Source: Macrostomum lignano (taxonomy: Eukaryota). Taken from it: a stretch of DNA of 64,000 bases. The notes beneath the pieces are model-generated. The model made no database searches. It worked only from the letters and a program-made list of their open reading frames with translations, and was not told the origin of the DNA. The translations under genes were made by a program, and so were the position numbers. Positions 63,055 through 64,000 of the stretch are shown here, piece after piece (the first letter of the stretch is position 1; the number at the start of each line of letters is the position of its first letter). Location of the stretch: assembly GCA_002269645.1 (NCBI GenBank), contig NIVC01002590.1, positions 95,416 through 159,415 on the forward strand. Direction: 5' to 3'.

Positions 63055-63530
63055 TCGCCTCTCCTCTCCTCTCCTCTCCTCTCCTCTCCTCTCCTCTCCT
63101 CTCCTCTCCTTCTCCTTCTCCTCTCCTCTCCTCTCCTCTCCTCACCTCTCCTCTCCTCACCTCTCCTCTCCTCTCCTCACCTCTCCTCTCCTCTCTCTCT
63201 CTCCTCTCCTCTCCTCTCCTTTCCTCTCCTCTCCTCTCCTCTCCTCTCTCTCCTCTCCTCTCCTCTCCTCTTCTCTACTCTCCTCTCCTCTTCTCTCCTC
63301 TCCTCTCCTCTCCTCTCCTCTCCTCACCTCTCCTCTCCTCTCCTCTCCTCTCCTCTCTCTCCTCTCCTCTCCTCTCCTCACCTCCCTCTCTCCTCTCCTC
63401 TCCTCTCCTCTCCTCTCCTCTCCTCTCCTCTCCTCTCCTCTCCTCACCTCTCCTCTCCTCTCCTCTCCTCTCCTCTCCTCTCCTCTCCTCTCCTCTCCTC
63501 TCCTCTCCTCTTCTCTCCTCTCCTCAAATC
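63055..63530. repeat. (CTCCT)n microsatellite
   Basis: Pentamer run. Confidence 0.95.
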
Positions 63531-64000
63531 TCTCCTTCCCTCCTCTCTCTTCTCCTCTCTCATCTCCTATTTTATCTCTCCTCTCCTCTTGTCTCCCCTC
63601 TTCTCCTTTATTCCCTCGCCTCACCTTTCTCCTATCTCTCTTCTGTATTCCCTCTCCTCTCTCCCCTCATATGAGTCATGCGCTAGGTTCTTTATCTGGC
63701 CCTTCAGGTAAAAAGTTCGCCGACCCCTGGTCTATGGGGAAAATATAAATGCTTCATTGCCAGTGGAGTTGGTCTCTGTGATAATGAAAAGCAAGTCTCG
63801 AACAGCTTGACCCTAGAGCGAGCTATTGGCTTGGAGAATGCTGTACAAGTTTGTGCAATACTGCGGGTTTTAGATTGCAAAATCCGATTGAACTCAGACA
63901 GGCAACTTCACTCCAGATAAAAACTATGCATTCAATTCTATAAAAAAGTTTCAGTTCCGCCCTGTAAAAGAACGAAGGCCAAATGCAAATTTTGCCCGTT

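Noticed and set aside
63700-63732. hAT-like terminal sequence (AAGTTCGCCGACCCCTG)
   Set aside because: No matching partner terminus or TSD was identified in the window.

Overview
Eukaryotic animal genomic DNA. GC-rich spliced exons sit among AT-rich spacers, and almost every intron holds its own minisatellite. This style, plus apparent spliced-leader (SL) trans-splicing signatures, suggests a free-living flatworm such as Macrostomum (inference). I reconstructed 12 protein-coding genes by hand from GT-AG junctions with consistent reading phase. In order: OSTalpha/SLC51A-like (-), intronless FN2x3 / beta-trefoil-like / TSP1x8 membrane protein (+), SLC16/MCT transporter (-), double-C2 protein (-), DEG/ENaC channel (-), TRAF-like RING protein (+), then six co-oriented minus-strand genes: BEN-domain protein, COA7, MALT1-like paracaspase, SMIM8, METTL4 and CIR1. 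A 3.6-kb internally deleted Ty3/Gypsy element with both LTRs and a 5-bp TSD sits inside a 36-bp satellite. Top finding: the paracaspase encodes death domain - Ig - two tandem paracaspase domains, each with an intact His/Cys dyad, suggesting a single-chain dimer. Second: COA7, SMIM8 and METTL4 lack an in-frame genomic ATG and start at phase-0 splice acceptors, consistent with the flatworm SL donating the initiator AUG in an operon-like cluster. Family calls come from remembered motifs, not database searches. No CRISPR array or RNA gene was recognised.
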